Source: a virus
Direction: 5' to 3' (one strand)
Virus record (IMG/VR): IMGVR_UViG_3300045391_000822
Location: 91,599 to 155,598 of that record
DNA: 64,000 bases
Every line of letters starts with the position of its first letter. Position 1 is the first letter of the stretch. Under the pieces are notes generated by a model. That model ran no database searches and was not told the origin of the DNA. It saw nothing but the letters and a program-made list of their open reading frames with translations. Position numbers and translations under genes: made by a program. Shown piece after piece: positions 25,875 through 35,587 of this stretch.

Positions 25875-25925
25875 CTTTGCGCTCCATTTGTTTTGGTCTG
25901 AGTGGGGCACTGATGATGCCCTTCG

Positions 25926-25942
25926 ATGTAAAATTGATCGTC
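25926..25942 (-). promoter_or_regulatory. putative late promoter GACGATCAATTTTACAT
   Basis: 17-bp exact duplicate of 27303-27319; contains CAATTTTA. Confidence 0.6.
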
Positions 25943-27272
25943 AAGTCCTACGGGGACCAGTGACGTTATCATGAACAAGGTTAGTTGGTACAGGTTGCGT
26001 TGGTACTCGTCCTCGCCGAGGTAGAAGATTCAGCATCTCTTGTGGTTGGAGAGCCCGTACCTGCACTTCCCATCCTAGCATACGGCTTGCACGAGATTGC
26101 CAAGGATTACTATTCTGAACGATCAGAGCTTTGCCATAAACGGAATCTGTAATCACGTCCATAGGGTTTACCGAAGGTACGATAGGACTTAGGACAATCG
26201 TGAAAGGTTCGGTAAGCTCCAGGAGAGATAGATCAGATCCACTCTGGAGCTTAGGGAACTCGAAATAGGCGCTATCTTGGTTTAGGTTGAATTGAAGTTC
26301 CAGGTGAGTCCAGATAGTACCTTCAGCAACTGTGATGTCCATCAACACAGGTTGGCCAACACAGAATCGAAGTAAGTCATGAGGCCTATTAATAGGTGTC
26401 CCATTGATTTGCATCGTGTAAGGAACTTGTTCGTTTACGTTCCATAGCAGCGAAGCATCAACACCAATAGCACCGCGAGGTAGCGTCACTACCTTGGTAA
26501 ATCCTACGCCTTGAGCAGCCCATGGTAAGTTCTGGAAAAGGATTTCTGAATCAGTTTTGAGCTGTTGTTCAGGAACCGATATCACCAGGCGTTGACCATA
26601 GAGAGGGGCAAATCCTCCAACGAATCCTGTACCAAAGCAAACTGGGCAACCAGTATCTCCAAAGGAAAGAGGGCCCATATCAACTTGACCAATCAATTCG
26701 TCGAAATCGAGGGCACGTACAGGACCGTTATCTCCAAAGTCGTCCCCATCTTCTGGATTGATTACTCGTTCGATAGGAAAATCACCACCACGGGTAGCGA
26801 TATCGAATACACCTTGATGTTTGTTTACTGGGGCTTCTGGAGAAGTGATGTTGTATTCGTCTCCGCCGTCTGGTGCTCCAGGGCCACTGAATTCGCGTGT
26901 CGGTGGAGCGTAGGCATTACTTGATGGGTCATAAGGAGGAACACCTTCGGGAGGAGGATTCGACCAGGCTTGAGTTCCATACCTACTTGTACCGAATTTG
27001 TGTCCTGTAAGAAGTCCGTTGATTACACCAGGACTAGCTTTGCCGTCCTTATCAAGAACGGTGTTGACGTTCTTCCTTTCTGCCTGGCAGGTGCATCGAA
27101 ATCCTGCACTTGCACGAGCGTAATGGATTGCTTGGAATCCTTGTACCCGGAAAGCTGCGTGATATTTCTGTTGTTGGACATCAGTAAGTCCGTTGATAGC
27201 TTGGGTAGCTACATCTGAGTTGCGGACGTTCGGTGGTAAAACACGGTTGTTCGTGCGATCAACTAAGGGCAT
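25941..27272 (-). CDS. putative neck/head-closure protein with split Zn-finger
   Basis: RCTC ... CPVCFGTGFVGG motif; start moved to ATG 27272 (GGAGGA RBS). Confidence 0.5.
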   Translation of the reverse strand: MPLVDRTNNRVLPPNVRNSDVATQAINGLTDVQQQKYHAAFRVQGFQAIHYARASAGFRCTCQAERKNVNTVLDKDGKASPGVINGLLTGHKFGTSRYGTQAWSNPPPEGVPPYDPSSNAYAPPTREFSGPGAPDGGDEYNITSPEAPVNKHQGVFDIATRGGDFPIERVINPEDGDDFGDNGPVRALDFDELIGQVDMGPLSFGDTGCPVCFGTGFVGGFAPLYGQRLVISVPEQQLKTDSEILFQNLPWAAQGVGFTKVVTLPRGAIGVDASLLWNVNEQVPYTMQINGTPINRPHDLLRFCVGQPVLMDITVAEGTIWTHLELQFNLNQDSAYFEFPKLQSGSDLSLLELTEPFTIVLSPIVPSVNPMDVITDSVYGKALIVQNSNPWQSRASRMLGWEVQVRALQPQEMLNLLPRRGRVPTQPVPTNLVHDNVTGPRRT

Positions 27273-27302
27273 CTTATCCTCCAATGGAGGTGTGTTGTAG
27301 TC

Positions 27303-27345
27303 ATGTAAAATTGATCGTCTTCGCGGTGTTGGTCGCAATTTTATA
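27303..27345. promoter_or_regulatory. back-to-back putative late promoters at the strand switch
   Basis: CAATTTTA on - strand (27306-27313) and on + strand (27336-27343), each pointing at its divergent operon. Confidence 0.6.
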
Positions 27346-27373
27346 GGACTCCGTCGGAAACAAAGGAAAGGTC

Positions 27374-27991
27374 ATGTACGAACGTGACATGCCGAAGTTC
27401 CGCGCAAAGCCACATCAAAAAGTGCTACTCACATTCGATCCAGGTTCAGTGAACATGGGTATTGCTGCGACAATGCTTGACCTCGAAAAAAGAAAAGCAA
27501 GAGTGTTGGCTAACGCGGTTATGGAAAATCCAATCAAAGGATTGGTACATGATATTCAAGGCACACGCCAAAGATTCGTCAAAGAAGTTGATGCTTGGGT
27601 TGAACGATTCAAACCTCATGGCATGGTAATGGAGAGATTCCAGAGTCGTGGTCTTCGTGGTAACACCGCCGAAGAAGTCAGTATCATGATTGGGATTATG
27701 CTAGAGCGTTACGGTTCGCGGCTCCCTTTCAAGATCATCACTGCTGCTACCTGGAAGAATGACTTTCATCGCAAGTGGAATGATGGAAAGACAAGTGGTG
27801 AAGTAGACCTTAAGGAACTTTACAAAGAAGTTTGTGTTCCTCCTCACCAACTGGATGCAACGTTGATTGGCTTGTATGGCCTTAAGATAGGTACGCGAGT
27901 TGATTTCGATTACGACCTAGATAGATTGCTAGGTGCTGTAGAACACGCCTCTCTGTGCAGGCTTATCAACAGAGTAAGAAGGAGAAAATAA
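27374..27991 (+). CDS. RuvC-like Holliday junction resolvase
   Basis: LLTFDPGSVNMG, MVMERFQ, AATWK, HQLDATLIG: D-E-H-D RNase H-fold active site. Confidence 0.75.
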   Translation: MYERDMPKFRAKPHQKVLLTFDPGSVNMGIAATMLDLEKRKARVLANAVMENPIKGLVHDIQGTRQRFVKEVDAWVERFKPHGMVMERFQSRGLRGNTAEEVSIMIGIMLERYGSRLPFKIITAATWKNDFHRKWNDGKTSGEVDLKELYKEVCVPPHQLDATLIGLYGLKIGTRVDFDYDLDRLLGAVEHASLCRLINRVRRRK

Positions 27992-28266
27992 TGGCTCAGT
28001 ACTTCCCCAAGGCTTGGTTAACCGCTAAGAATGGTGGCCGAATTAATGAAATAGATTTGAAGCAGATTAAGAACACCAGCACGAAAATTGAAGCAGGTGG
28101 TACACCAGTGAAAGCTCGCATCGACATGGGCGAACAGGTCGCCGGTGCTGGCTTGTGTCCTGAATGCCGTCAACCTACTATTGGCCCTGTACATTGCAAT
28201 GGACACGTTGTCCGTTGGTGTGCTACCGATCGTATTGCTCTGCCCTACAAGGACGGAGAGGAGTAA
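27991..28266 (+). CDS. small Zn-ribbon protein
   Basis: Start at ATG 27991 (AAGGAG RBS, TAATG overlap); CPEC...WCATDR. Confidence 0.65.
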   Translation: MAQYFPKAWLTAKNGGRINEIDLKQIKNTSTKIEAGGTPVKARIDMGEQVAGAGLCPECRQPTIGPVHCNGHVVRWCATDRIALPYKDGEE

Positions 28267-28269
28267 TCC

Positions 28270-29370
28270 ATGCGAGTACCAAAAAGTGCTTCGACGAAGG
28301 CACGAGAACATCCCTTCCTAAAGAAATCGTTGAAGCCGAATGACTTCATGCGTGAACGTAAGGCTAAGGCTTTTGAGATTGTTTCTAGTGCAGATAAGAA
28401 GCTGTTAGAATCTCAAGCCGACGAAGCTATGTCACAACGAGAGCGTCGTATTCGAGAAGCTCTCAAGAAGAAACCAGTTAAGGTAAAGGCTGAGAAGACA
28501 TTCGACGAAATGGATGATATCGATCCGGACGATGCTTTCTTAGACCCTGATGCTGATTACGAGCCAGAACCTGATCCTGCGGTTAAACCAAAGAAGAAAA
28601 AGAAAACAAAGGATCTGGTAAAGCGTAAAGAACTAGAGCATCACGATCTTGAAGATGTTCCGGATTCCGAAGAGGATGTTGAACTTCGTCAGTATGGTCT
28701 TGAAAAAGAAGTGAAGAAGAAAAAGAAGAAACGTGGTCGTAAGAGCGCTGCTGAAATGGAAGAGGCTCGCGATGACTGGGCTCCAACCCCTAAGGTAGAA
28801 CCTAAGAAATCAAAGAAGCTTTCTACGTCTACTGAATTAGTTATCAGTGCTGGCGATGAAGCCACCGCAAAGGGTTTGGCTCTAAGCAAGAATAGCAAAT
28901 CCATTCTCGGCCATGACCTAGATCGTATTCAAGATATGATCGAGCTAGGTGATCACGACACAGCATCTACGATGATCTACAAGCGGATGCTTCAAGCATT
29001 GCTTGAGACTGCAAAGAACGTATTCGAGAATGTTGTTCAAGGGTCTGGTGGAGCTCGTGGTGTTCAGGCCATGAACATGATCACTAGTTCGATCCGTGAT
29101 ATCATGATCGACATCCAGCAGGCGCAGGATCGCGGCAATATGGGTGTGTCACTTGTGGAAAAGGTTATAATGCCTTCCTTCTTGGACATAGGCATGATGC
29201 TCCTCAAGGAGAACGAGAAGCTTAAACAGAAGCTTCGTCGTGATCTATCTCCTGAGTTGATGACACGCTATGAAACCATCTTAGAAGAATACGATTCTAA
29301 GGTTGGTGACTACGTCCAAACACAGTTCAAAGAAGTCCGTGAAGAAACCCGTAAGTTTCTTCAACGTTGA
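28270..29370 (+). CDS. hypothetical protein (charged disordered N-half, helical C-half), upstream of portal
   Basis: 366 aa, GGAG RBS; poly-Lys and acidic tracts. Confidence 0.65.
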   Translation: MRVPKSASTKAREHPFLKKSLKPNDFMRERKAKAFEIVSSADKKLLESQADEAMSQRERRIREALKKKPVKVKAEKTFDEMDDIDPDDAFLDPDADYEPEPDPAVKPKKKKKTKDLVKRKELEHHDLEDVPDSEEDVELRQYGLEKEVKKKKKKRGRKSAAEMEEARDDWAPTPKVEPKKSKKLSTSTELVISAGDEATAKGLALSKNSKSILGHDLDRIQDMIELGDHDTASTMIYKRMLQALLETAKNVFENVVQGSGGARGVQAMNMITSSIRDIMIDIQQAQDRGNMGVSLVEKVIMPSFLDIGMMLLKENEKLKQKLRRDLSPELMTRYETILEEYDSKVGDYVQTQFKEVREETRKFLQR

Positions 29371-29383
29371 TTAGGGGTACAGA

Positions 29384-31312
29384 ATGTACACAAAGAATAG
29401 GATCATAGGTGTTCAAGGAGGACAAGTTCAAGTCTCCCAAGCACCGGCTTCTTCGCCTGCGGTAAGCGCCAGTCGTAAGATGCAAGGTACGCAAGTCAAC
29501 GCCGCAGGGATGGCTATTGGTGGAGCTGGTGTTCCAGTTAACGCTGTAGGCGCGTGGGCTTCTGAATACCAGTACATGATGACGGGTCTGATTCCTGCAG
29601 ACCCGATGATCAACGATAGTTCCAACCTGGCACTGTTCTACCGAGACATCTACCTGCTAGACGCAACTGCTGGATCTGCGGTAGATATTCAATCGTCATT
29701 CCCGTTCTCTGACTTTGAGTTACGAGGTATGGACGAACACGAATTGAAACCTTTCCGTGAGGCAGTTGAACGCCTGAACATTCGTAGGATGATGCCGGAG
29801 ATCAGCGTCTCTTATCTGGTGGATGGTTTCTTCTGTGGATCCTTGGTGTTCGATCCTCGCGAGAAACAGTTCATCGATACGTTGATCCATGATGCACTTC
29901 AATGTAGTGTACATCACACACAGTTCTACAATCTGGATCCTGAAATAACGGTACGTGTTGGTATGACCATGCAGAATTTCTTGCGTGGTAACAACGTGTA
30001 CAATCGTCGATACTTGCAAACGCTTCCCAAGTCATTTGTTGATCTGTTGATGCGTGGTCAGTTCACACTAGATCCAGTAGCAACGCTGTATGTGCCTCGT
30101 AAGTCGTTGACTGACCGCGCTTACGTATCCTATCTGCATCGTATTCTTCCAATGTATCTTATTGAGAAGACGATGTATCGTGGTACCCTGACGGAAGCAC
30201 ATCGTCGTCAGCGTGCTATGACTCATATCACTGCAGGTGATACCGACTGGACTCCAACTGCTGAAGAGCTCAACATGATTGTAGCTCAGTTCCAGCAAGC
30301 AGAGTATGATCCCCTAGGCGGTTGGATCTCAACACGTAATTCGGTTCAAGCTACAGATATTCGTCCTGGTGGTGATTTCTGGAAATGGACCGACATGGTT
30401 GATGTGATGACTCCCTATAAGCTCCGCGCTTTAGGTATCAGTGAGTCATTCCTTTCTGGTGATGCATCCTACGCAGCAGCCGAATCTGCCTACTCGTCTT
30501 TCCTGGAAACACAGGAATCTTATCGAGGATTCCTGACGGACAAGGTCTTCTACAATAAGATCTTCCCGTTGATTGCAGTAGTGAACGGTATGTACCGGGA
30601 TCCTCGTGGTCGTAAGAGTAGCGAGAGTGTTATTGATTTTCTTACCAATACCAGCTCGCGTGCTAATCTTAAGATACCTGAAGTTCATTGGAAGAAGCAA
30701 CTCGAAGCTGACCATGAAGATAGTATGTTCGAGATGCTGGAGAAGCTCGACGAACGTGGCTTCCCTATTCCTATTAAGGCATGGACAGCGGCTGCCGGTC
30801 TCGACTTCAATAGTTTGATTGCTGACCTAGATGAAGACACGGCTATCCGTAAGAAGCTGGAACAGTACACTGGTAAGGATACGTCACACGATCAAGATGA
30901 CGCACTACCAGAAGATTATGATAGTGAAGTAGGGGCGAGCAATTTTACTTCGTTATCGGTAGCTAACGGCGGGCGTCGTCGCACTCCACTCCTTAATCGT
31001 CAGATCGCTGGCGATGGTTTGGTGTATGAAAGCAATCGTAGTGGTAGTGGTCGTAAGCACATCATCAATCAAGTTGGAGCTCGTGCTAAATCCAATGACC
31101 AGATCATTAAGGCATCGCGAGCCTTGCAGGATCCTCACCTACGGGAACAAGCCCGTCGCCGTAATATTGAACAACGTGGTACAGACGTGATTGCAGGTGC
31201 AGGCGAAATTCCATCGCGTGATGCTATGGAGCGCCGTAAGGCTAGCAAGCCTGTTCAAGCAAGTGGTGACGAACAATACGTCCGTCGCTTCAAGCGTACA
31301 AAATTCTTCTAA
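29384..31312 (+). CDS. portal protein
   Basis: 642 aa; FYRDIY..D...GSAVD....FPFSDF and LRALGISESFLSGDASYAAA patterns typical of large-phage portals. Confidence 0.7.
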   Translation: MYTKNRIIGVQGGQVQVSQAPASSPAVSASRKMQGTQVNAAGMAIGGAGVPVNAVGAWASEYQYMMTGLIPADPMINDSSNLALFYRDIYLLDATAGSAVDIQSSFPFSDFELRGMDEHELKPFREAVERLNIRRMMPEISVSYLVDGFFCGSLVFDPREKQFIDTLIHDALQCSVHHTQFYNLDPEITVRVGMTMQNFLRGNNVYNRRYLQTLPKSFVDLLMRGQFTLDPVATLYVPRKSLTDRAYVSYLHRILPMYLIEKTMYRGTLTEAHRRQRAMTHITAGDTDWTPTAEELNMIVAQFQQAEYDPLGGWISTRNSVQATDIRPGGDFWKWTDMVDVMTPYKLRALGISESFLSGDASYAAAESAYSSFLETQESYRGFLTDKVFYNKIFPLIAVVNGMYRDPRGRKSSESVIDFLTNTSSRANLKIPEVHWKKQLEADHEDSMFEMLEKLDERGFPIPIKAWTAAAGLDFNSLIADLDEDTAIRKKLEQYTGKDTSHDQDDALPEDYDSEVGASNFTSLSVANGGRRRTPLLNRQIAGDGLVYESNRSGSGRKHIINQVGARAKSNDQIIKASRALQDPHLREQARRRNIEQRGTDVIAGAGEIPSRDAMERRKASKPVQASGDEQYVRRFKRTKFF

Positions 31313-31322
31313 GGGACAACTC

Positions 31323-31589
31323 ATGTACAGCTTCTTAGTTCCAGTGCGTGGTGCTGTTAAACCAGCAGAAAACTACTCCTGGTTCGTGTTCCACGGTAAG
31401 CAACCCATTGAGTTGTCTTTCCGAGGACAACCGGTAGTAATTAAGAAAGGGACGCGCTTTGGTGTGCGTCCTAGTGTCAACAAGAAAGACATCCGATTAG
31501 TTCTACCGGGACAAGAGTCTAAGGTCATTACACTGACATTGGATCAAGCGGAAGCATTGTCCAAAGGTGTACGCTCAGGAGGTGTGTGA
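31323..31589 (+). CDS. hypothetical protein
   Basis: Start moved to ATG 31323 (AAGGGA RBS, after portal stop). Confidence 0.6.
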   Translation: MYSFLVPVRGAVKPAENYSWFVFHGKQPIELSFRGQPVVIKKGTRFGVRPSVNKKDIRLVLPGQESKVITLTLDQAEALSKGVRSGGV

Positions 31590-32077
31590 TGCAAGTACCA
31601 TCACGAACCACATCGATCTACGTGGTAGGCATGATATGGGATACCTACACGCCATCTGTTGAAGCTCAGGCTCTTAAGGATCTTCTGGCTCTACAGGCAG
31701 AGGCTACTAAATGGCCAGGTACCGAGCTTCAAGTTGCGTGTAGGTCGGATCGTATGGATCGGCTGTTAGCTGCTATACAGATCATTCGATCGTCTGATTT
31801 GTCAGACGTCAACATATGGCGTACCTATCAGGTTGGAGCAGACCGAGTGCAACTACCTGAGGACGTTACTGCGTCCTATGATGATATCAGCGAATGTGTG
31901 CTGTACGTACCGCCGAAGCCCAATCGTAATCAATTGCAGGTCATCAAAGATGACCCTGGGTATGCGTTGAAGCAAGGTGGTCGTGACTATGGATACAACC
32001 CATTCGAGAAGCCACCGCCATCATCTGATCAGATGTATTCACGTGATCCTCTTGTTAATTTTGTTTGGACCTCCTAA
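31586..32077 (+). CDS. hypothetical protein
   Basis: 163 aa, AGGAGG RBS. Confidence 0.65.
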   Translation: MMQVPSRTTSIYVVGMIWDTYTPSVEAQALKDLLALQAEATKWPGTELQVACRSDRMDRLLAAIQIIRSSDLSDVNIWRTYQVGADRVQLPEDVTASYDDISECVLYVPPKPNRNQLQVIKDDPGYALKQGGRDYGYNPFEKPPPSSDQMYSRDPLVNFVWTS

Positions 32078-32086
32078 GGAAATACC

Positions 32087-32506
32087 ATGTCGTTTGCTGA
32101 ACGAATTATAGCCCAGAATAAAACCCAAGTTAAAGCTACCAATGCTAAAGAAGCAGGCAAACTGGTACAATACTTTACCAGCATCTTAGGTAAGCCAAAG
32201 AAGTTTGATCAAGATAAATTCGATAAAGGTACAGCTTCAGGCGAAGCTATCTGGGGTGCTTCTAAGGTTGGTGGTTGGAAAGTAATTAATGCTAATCTTA
32301 GGTTAGACGAGCATGATGGTTTTTATTTTACCCTTGATTTTGAAGATACTGCTTTGAATGAACACCTATTCGAGGCCAGTGGTGAAACTGCTAGCCAGGT
32401 GATCTCTGATTTTAAGGCCTCGGTGAAAATTTCTCTGCGTGATCAGGAAAAAGACATCGAGGAAGACCAGAAAGTAATTGAGTTCTACAAAGCTCTTCTG
32501 AAATAA
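32087..32506 (+). CDS. hypothetical protein with N-terminal tag
   Basis: Begins MSFAERIIAQNKTQVKA; AAGGA RBS. Confidence 0.7.
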   Translation: MSFAERIIAQNKTQVKATNAKEAGKLVQYFTSILGKPKKFDQDKFDKGTASGEAIWGASKVGGWKVINANLRLDEHDGFYFTLDFEDTALNEHLFEASGETASQVISDFKASVKISLRDQEKDIEEDQKVIEFYKALLK

Positions 32507-32790
32507 TGTCCAAGCTCAGTCCAACCGATCAAGGCAGTTATCTATTTGATTGTCCAGGATGTAAAATGTGTCACGTGGTGTATGTCACTACACCGGACCG
32601 TCCTCGTTGGACTTTCAACGGTGATCTTGATAAACCTACGTTCAATCCATCGCTGTTGGTAACATGGACTCAACATCAGATGCCTCAAGTGTGTCATTCA
32701 TTTGTTCGTGATGGGCAGATACAATTCCTCAGCGATTGTACGCACAAACTTGCAGGCCAAACGGTTGAAATTCCTGAATGGGAAGACTAG
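32506..32790 (+). CDS. DUF6527-family Cys/His metal-binding protein
   Basis: CPGC..CH...WTFNGD..KPTF.PSLL...CHSFVRDG.IQFLSDCTH.LAGQ. Confidence 0.7.
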   Translation: MSKLSPTDQGSYLFDCPGCKMCHVVYVTTPDRPRWTFNGDLDKPTFNPSLLVTWTQHQMPQVCHSFVRDGQIQFLSDCTHKLAGQTVEIPEWED

Positions 32791-32798
32791 GCCGGTCT

Positions 32799-32806
32799 CA
32801 ATTTAA
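32799..32806 (+). promoter_or_regulatory. variant late promoter motif CAATTTAA
   Basis: Intergenic, ahead of the tail/baseplate operon; one mismatch to consensus. Confidence 0.4.
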
Positions 32807-32913
32807 TACAGTGTCAAAAGCAAGGCGTTCAAGGAGTTGTTAGTGACCAGCTCTGCGACGGGAAGGGTACGTCTTGCATTTGTTTCTGGAGGGCTAGGGT
32901 TACACGGCCTGTT

Positions 32914-34092
32914 ATGCCCTCCATCCTTTTACCCGAGCAAGTGGCTTTGCTTGAGGTTCAGATATCAGCCATTCAGAGTAAGAACCTCACGCCACTCGCT
33001 CCAGCAAGGAGCACTACCGTGGCTCTCCTCCAAGATGTATTAAGTCGTGCGCAATCACAAATCAAAGTGAATACGCAGGGCGGTGTAAACGCTATCAAGA
33101 CCGGCGTAAAGAATCAGGTCCAAACAAAGATTAATGATGTAGTCAACGGCGTAAGCAATACAGCTGGTGACGTCATAGGTGCAGGTGTTAAGGGCGTTAC
33201 CAGTGCAGCAGCTGACCTGTTCAAAGGTAACGTAGGTGGTGCGCTTGGTGATCTAGCCGGCATACCGGGTAACATAGCCAATGCTGCTGGGAGGGGGATC
33301 AACAATGCACTAGGAGCATTTGGTATCACCAGCGGGTCAACACTCTCTGGTGGTATTGACTATCTGAGTGTATCTTCTGGACCAGGTGACGTGTCATATG
33401 GTAACGCGCTTGCAGGTATCATGGCACGCGCTGATCCTATGCACGCGTTCAACTGGTTTGCAGATCTGCCGCAGATTAATGCTGGTGGCTTTGCGGCTTC
33501 TCTACCATGGTACTACGTGGAAGAAGCAACGATCCCGTTCCGTCAATTCGAATCTCGTAACGTCTATCGTGAAGGGCGGTTCAAGCACTATCCAGGAAAA
33601 TATTCTGTGGATTCGCTACGCCTATCAGTGTATCTAGATTCGGATAACGTAGCCCTGAATTATTGGCAGACATGGCAGAATGCTATTCTCCAGCCATTCA
33701 ATAAATCTACGATGTATTCCTTAGGTGGTGGGTACACTCCGCCGTCTTCATTCAAGAAAGACATCAATATCTATCTGCTAGATGTACGTCGGGCAGAAGT
33801 AATGAGTATTACCTACATTGAATGTTGGCCTACGTCCTTTGATTCTCTGCATTTGCAGTCCGCGTCAGGTGAGCGTCTCATAGGACAGGTTACACTCAAC
33901 GTAGGGGACGTGTTCGTTAATATGATGAATCTTGGTTCTGGTCTTATTTCTGGTGTGTCGAGTTTATTCTCACGCCCTTCGAACAGTCCTACCAGCGGTT
34001 TCTCGGTTACTTCAACACCTTCATGGGCAACTGATAATCCTAGGTTATCAGATTTGCCTATAGCCATTCAACAGGCTCAAGCAAACGCATAA
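32914..34092 (+). CDS. tail tube-fold protein (T4 gp19/gp54-like tube initiator)
   Basis: YWQTWQN..FKKDINIYLLD..YIECWPTS tube-fold motifs; Gly-rich N-terminal extension. Confidence 0.65.
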   Translation: MPSILLPEQVALLEVQISAIQSKNLTPLAPARSTTVALLQDVLSRAQSQIKVNTQGGVNAIKTGVKNQVQTKINDVVNGVSNTAGDVIGAGVKGVTSAAADLFKGNVGGALGDLAGIPGNIANAAGRGINNALGAFGITSGSTLSGGIDYLSVSSGPGDVSYGNALAGIMARADPMHAFNWFADLPQINAGGFAASLPWYYVEEATIPFRQFESRNVYREGRFKHYPGKYSVDSLRLSVYLDSDNVALNYWQTWQNAILQPFNKSTMYSLGGGYTPPSSFKKDINIYLLDVRRAEVMSITYIECWPTSFDSLHLQSASGERLIGQVTLNVGDVFVNMMNLGSGLISGVSSLFSRPSNSPTSGFSVTSTPSWATDNPRLSDLPIAIQQAQANA

Positions 34093-34124
34093 TAATATCT
34101 CTTACATAATTAGTGGAGTCACTT

Positions 34125-35411
34125 ATGGGTAAGACCATAGTTAGTCAAGAATCAACATTTGTCCCTTTCAAGCGTCCCGGTATGGCCATTCCCCACGGAG
34201 CCGGTGCACCTGTTCAAACCGATAGGCCGACAGCAATGAACAACGTTGTCAACGATCCCCGTCACGGGTCTCTCCCTGAAGGTCGTGTAGCTGCACGCTT
34301 TCAGAAAGCACTGCAGGCTAATGCCAATTCGGCACAAGAAGGTGTAGGGCTTCACGACTTTGTAGAGACCCTCACAGAAGCATCAGGGCCTACCCGAGGC
34401 ACTCCCGATCGTTCTATGAAAGCGGAATATCGTCCTGGGGAGAAACAAGGTGCTCCGTTAGTTCGAACGCCTCCTCCCGTTGGAGCTTCACCTCAGGAAG
34501 TTCGGAATCATTATAAAAGTCAGGCGTCATTACCCGGTAGTGAGCCAATGTACCTGACTACGGAAGATCCGCAGAACACAGGTAACCAAGGGTTTGTTCC
34601 GACAGCCGAAATCAAAGACGCTATACCTGAATACGTGGAATCCACGTTTGCGTCAGAGGAAGAGGGCACCAGCGTCGATCTACCTTCACGCTTTGCGTTC
34701 TACCCCTTCAAAGATCTGTACGTGTACACGTTGCGTGGCAAGCATCTACGTAAACTAGCACGAGCCCACAAAGAGAATTCGTTGCTTCAGACTGCTGAAG
34801 TAGTTAGTTCTGTACTGCGTACTACAGATCCTGCTTACCAGGGACGTCCGTTAGCTTTTGATCTGACGATACCGGATTTCTATTGGGTTCTGTACTATCT
34901 GCGTCAGAACAGCTTTACCAAGAGTAGCTTCACGCATGTGACTAACTGTACCAATCCGGCTCACATTAAGTTGGTTGAAGACGGAAAGGCTAGTGTTAAA
35001 TCACTTCGCATTGAAGAGGTAATTACCAAGTCCACTCTGGTTAACAACATGTTGGAAAAGATGCCGGAGACAGATCTTTCGTCTTTGGCGAGTGAGGGTA
35101 TTCCTATTAGACCTGCCACTATACGTGATCTGGTGCTGATCATGGAACATCCTTCTTTCATCAAAGAGGATCCAGAGTTTACATGGACCTCAGAGATCGC
35201 TTCATATGTAGGAGGTGGGTTACCCATTCAAACTCGCATCGATATTGTCGATGAGATGACTCCTGACCAAATTAGCGCCATTAAAGCTTATGAAGAAGAA
35301 GTAAGCAACTATGGTATCGATGAACTGGTAACTGTACACTGCAAGGAGTGCGGCGCGTCGAGAAGGGACCGTGTCTCTATCGACGCGTCCACGTTTCTTT
35401 CCGTTAGCTGA
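34125..35411 (+). CDS. baseplate hub/tail assembly chaperone (T4 gp26-like)
   Basis: VDLPSRFAFYP, LTIPDFYWVLYYLRQNS, IRPATIRD, C-terminal HCKECG; start ATG 34125. Confidence 0.65.
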   Translation: MGKTIVSQESTFVPFKRPGMAIPHGAGAPVQTDRPTAMNNVVNDPRHGSLPEGRVAARFQKALQANANSAQEGVGLHDFVETLTEASGPTRGTPDRSMKAEYRPGEKQGAPLVRTPPPVGASPQEVRNHYKSQASLPGSEPMYLTTEDPQNTGNQGFVPTAEIKDAIPEYVESTFASEEEGTSVDLPSRFAFYPFKDLYVYTLRGKHLRKLARAHKENSLLQTAEVVSSVLRTTDPAYQGRPLAFDLTIPDFYWVLYYLRQNSFTKSSFTHVTNCTNPAHIKLVEDGKASVKSLRIEEVITKSTLVNNMLEKMPETDLSSLASEGIPIRPATIRDLVLIMEHPSFIKEDPEFTWTSEIASYVGGGLPIQTRIDIVDEMTPDQISAIKAYEEEVSNYGIDELVTVHCKECGASRRDRVSIDASTFLSVS

Positions 35412-35577
35412 TATGGCTGCGGTGATGGAGCGCAAGGCCCTCATAATGTCAGAGTTTCATTGCCTGCTTGATGACAATGCGCCCATATATGAACTCATGT
35501 ATTTTTCCGATAAGGCAGATGCTCGTCGTAAAGAACGGCAGCGAGCTCGACGGGAAGGCATGATATTGAACGACTAG
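35371..35577 (+). CDS. small chaperone-like ORF; possible frameshift extension of the upstream gene
   Basis: Overlaps the upstream ORF end in the +1 frame; ATG 35413 lacks an obvious RBS; lies just before the tape-measure-like gene. Confidence 0.5.
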   Translation: MSLSTRPRFFPLADMAAVMERKALIMSEFHCLLDDNAPIYELMYFSDKADARRKERQRARREGMILND

Positions 35578-35587
35578 GAGATTACGA

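Noticed and set aside
25941-27338. Track start at 27338
   Set aside because: Extension runs across the divergent promoter motifs; ATG 27272 has GGAGGA
28270-29370. Small terminase call from position before the portal; poly-Lys as a nuclear localisation signal
   Set aside because: No recognisable TerS motif; context is clearly bacteriophage (SD sites, baseplate, SLT), so Lys tracts are just low complexity
32837-33043. 68-aa ORF before the tube-like gene
   Set aside because: TTG start, overlaps 32914-34092 out of frame for most of its length; more likely 5' leader
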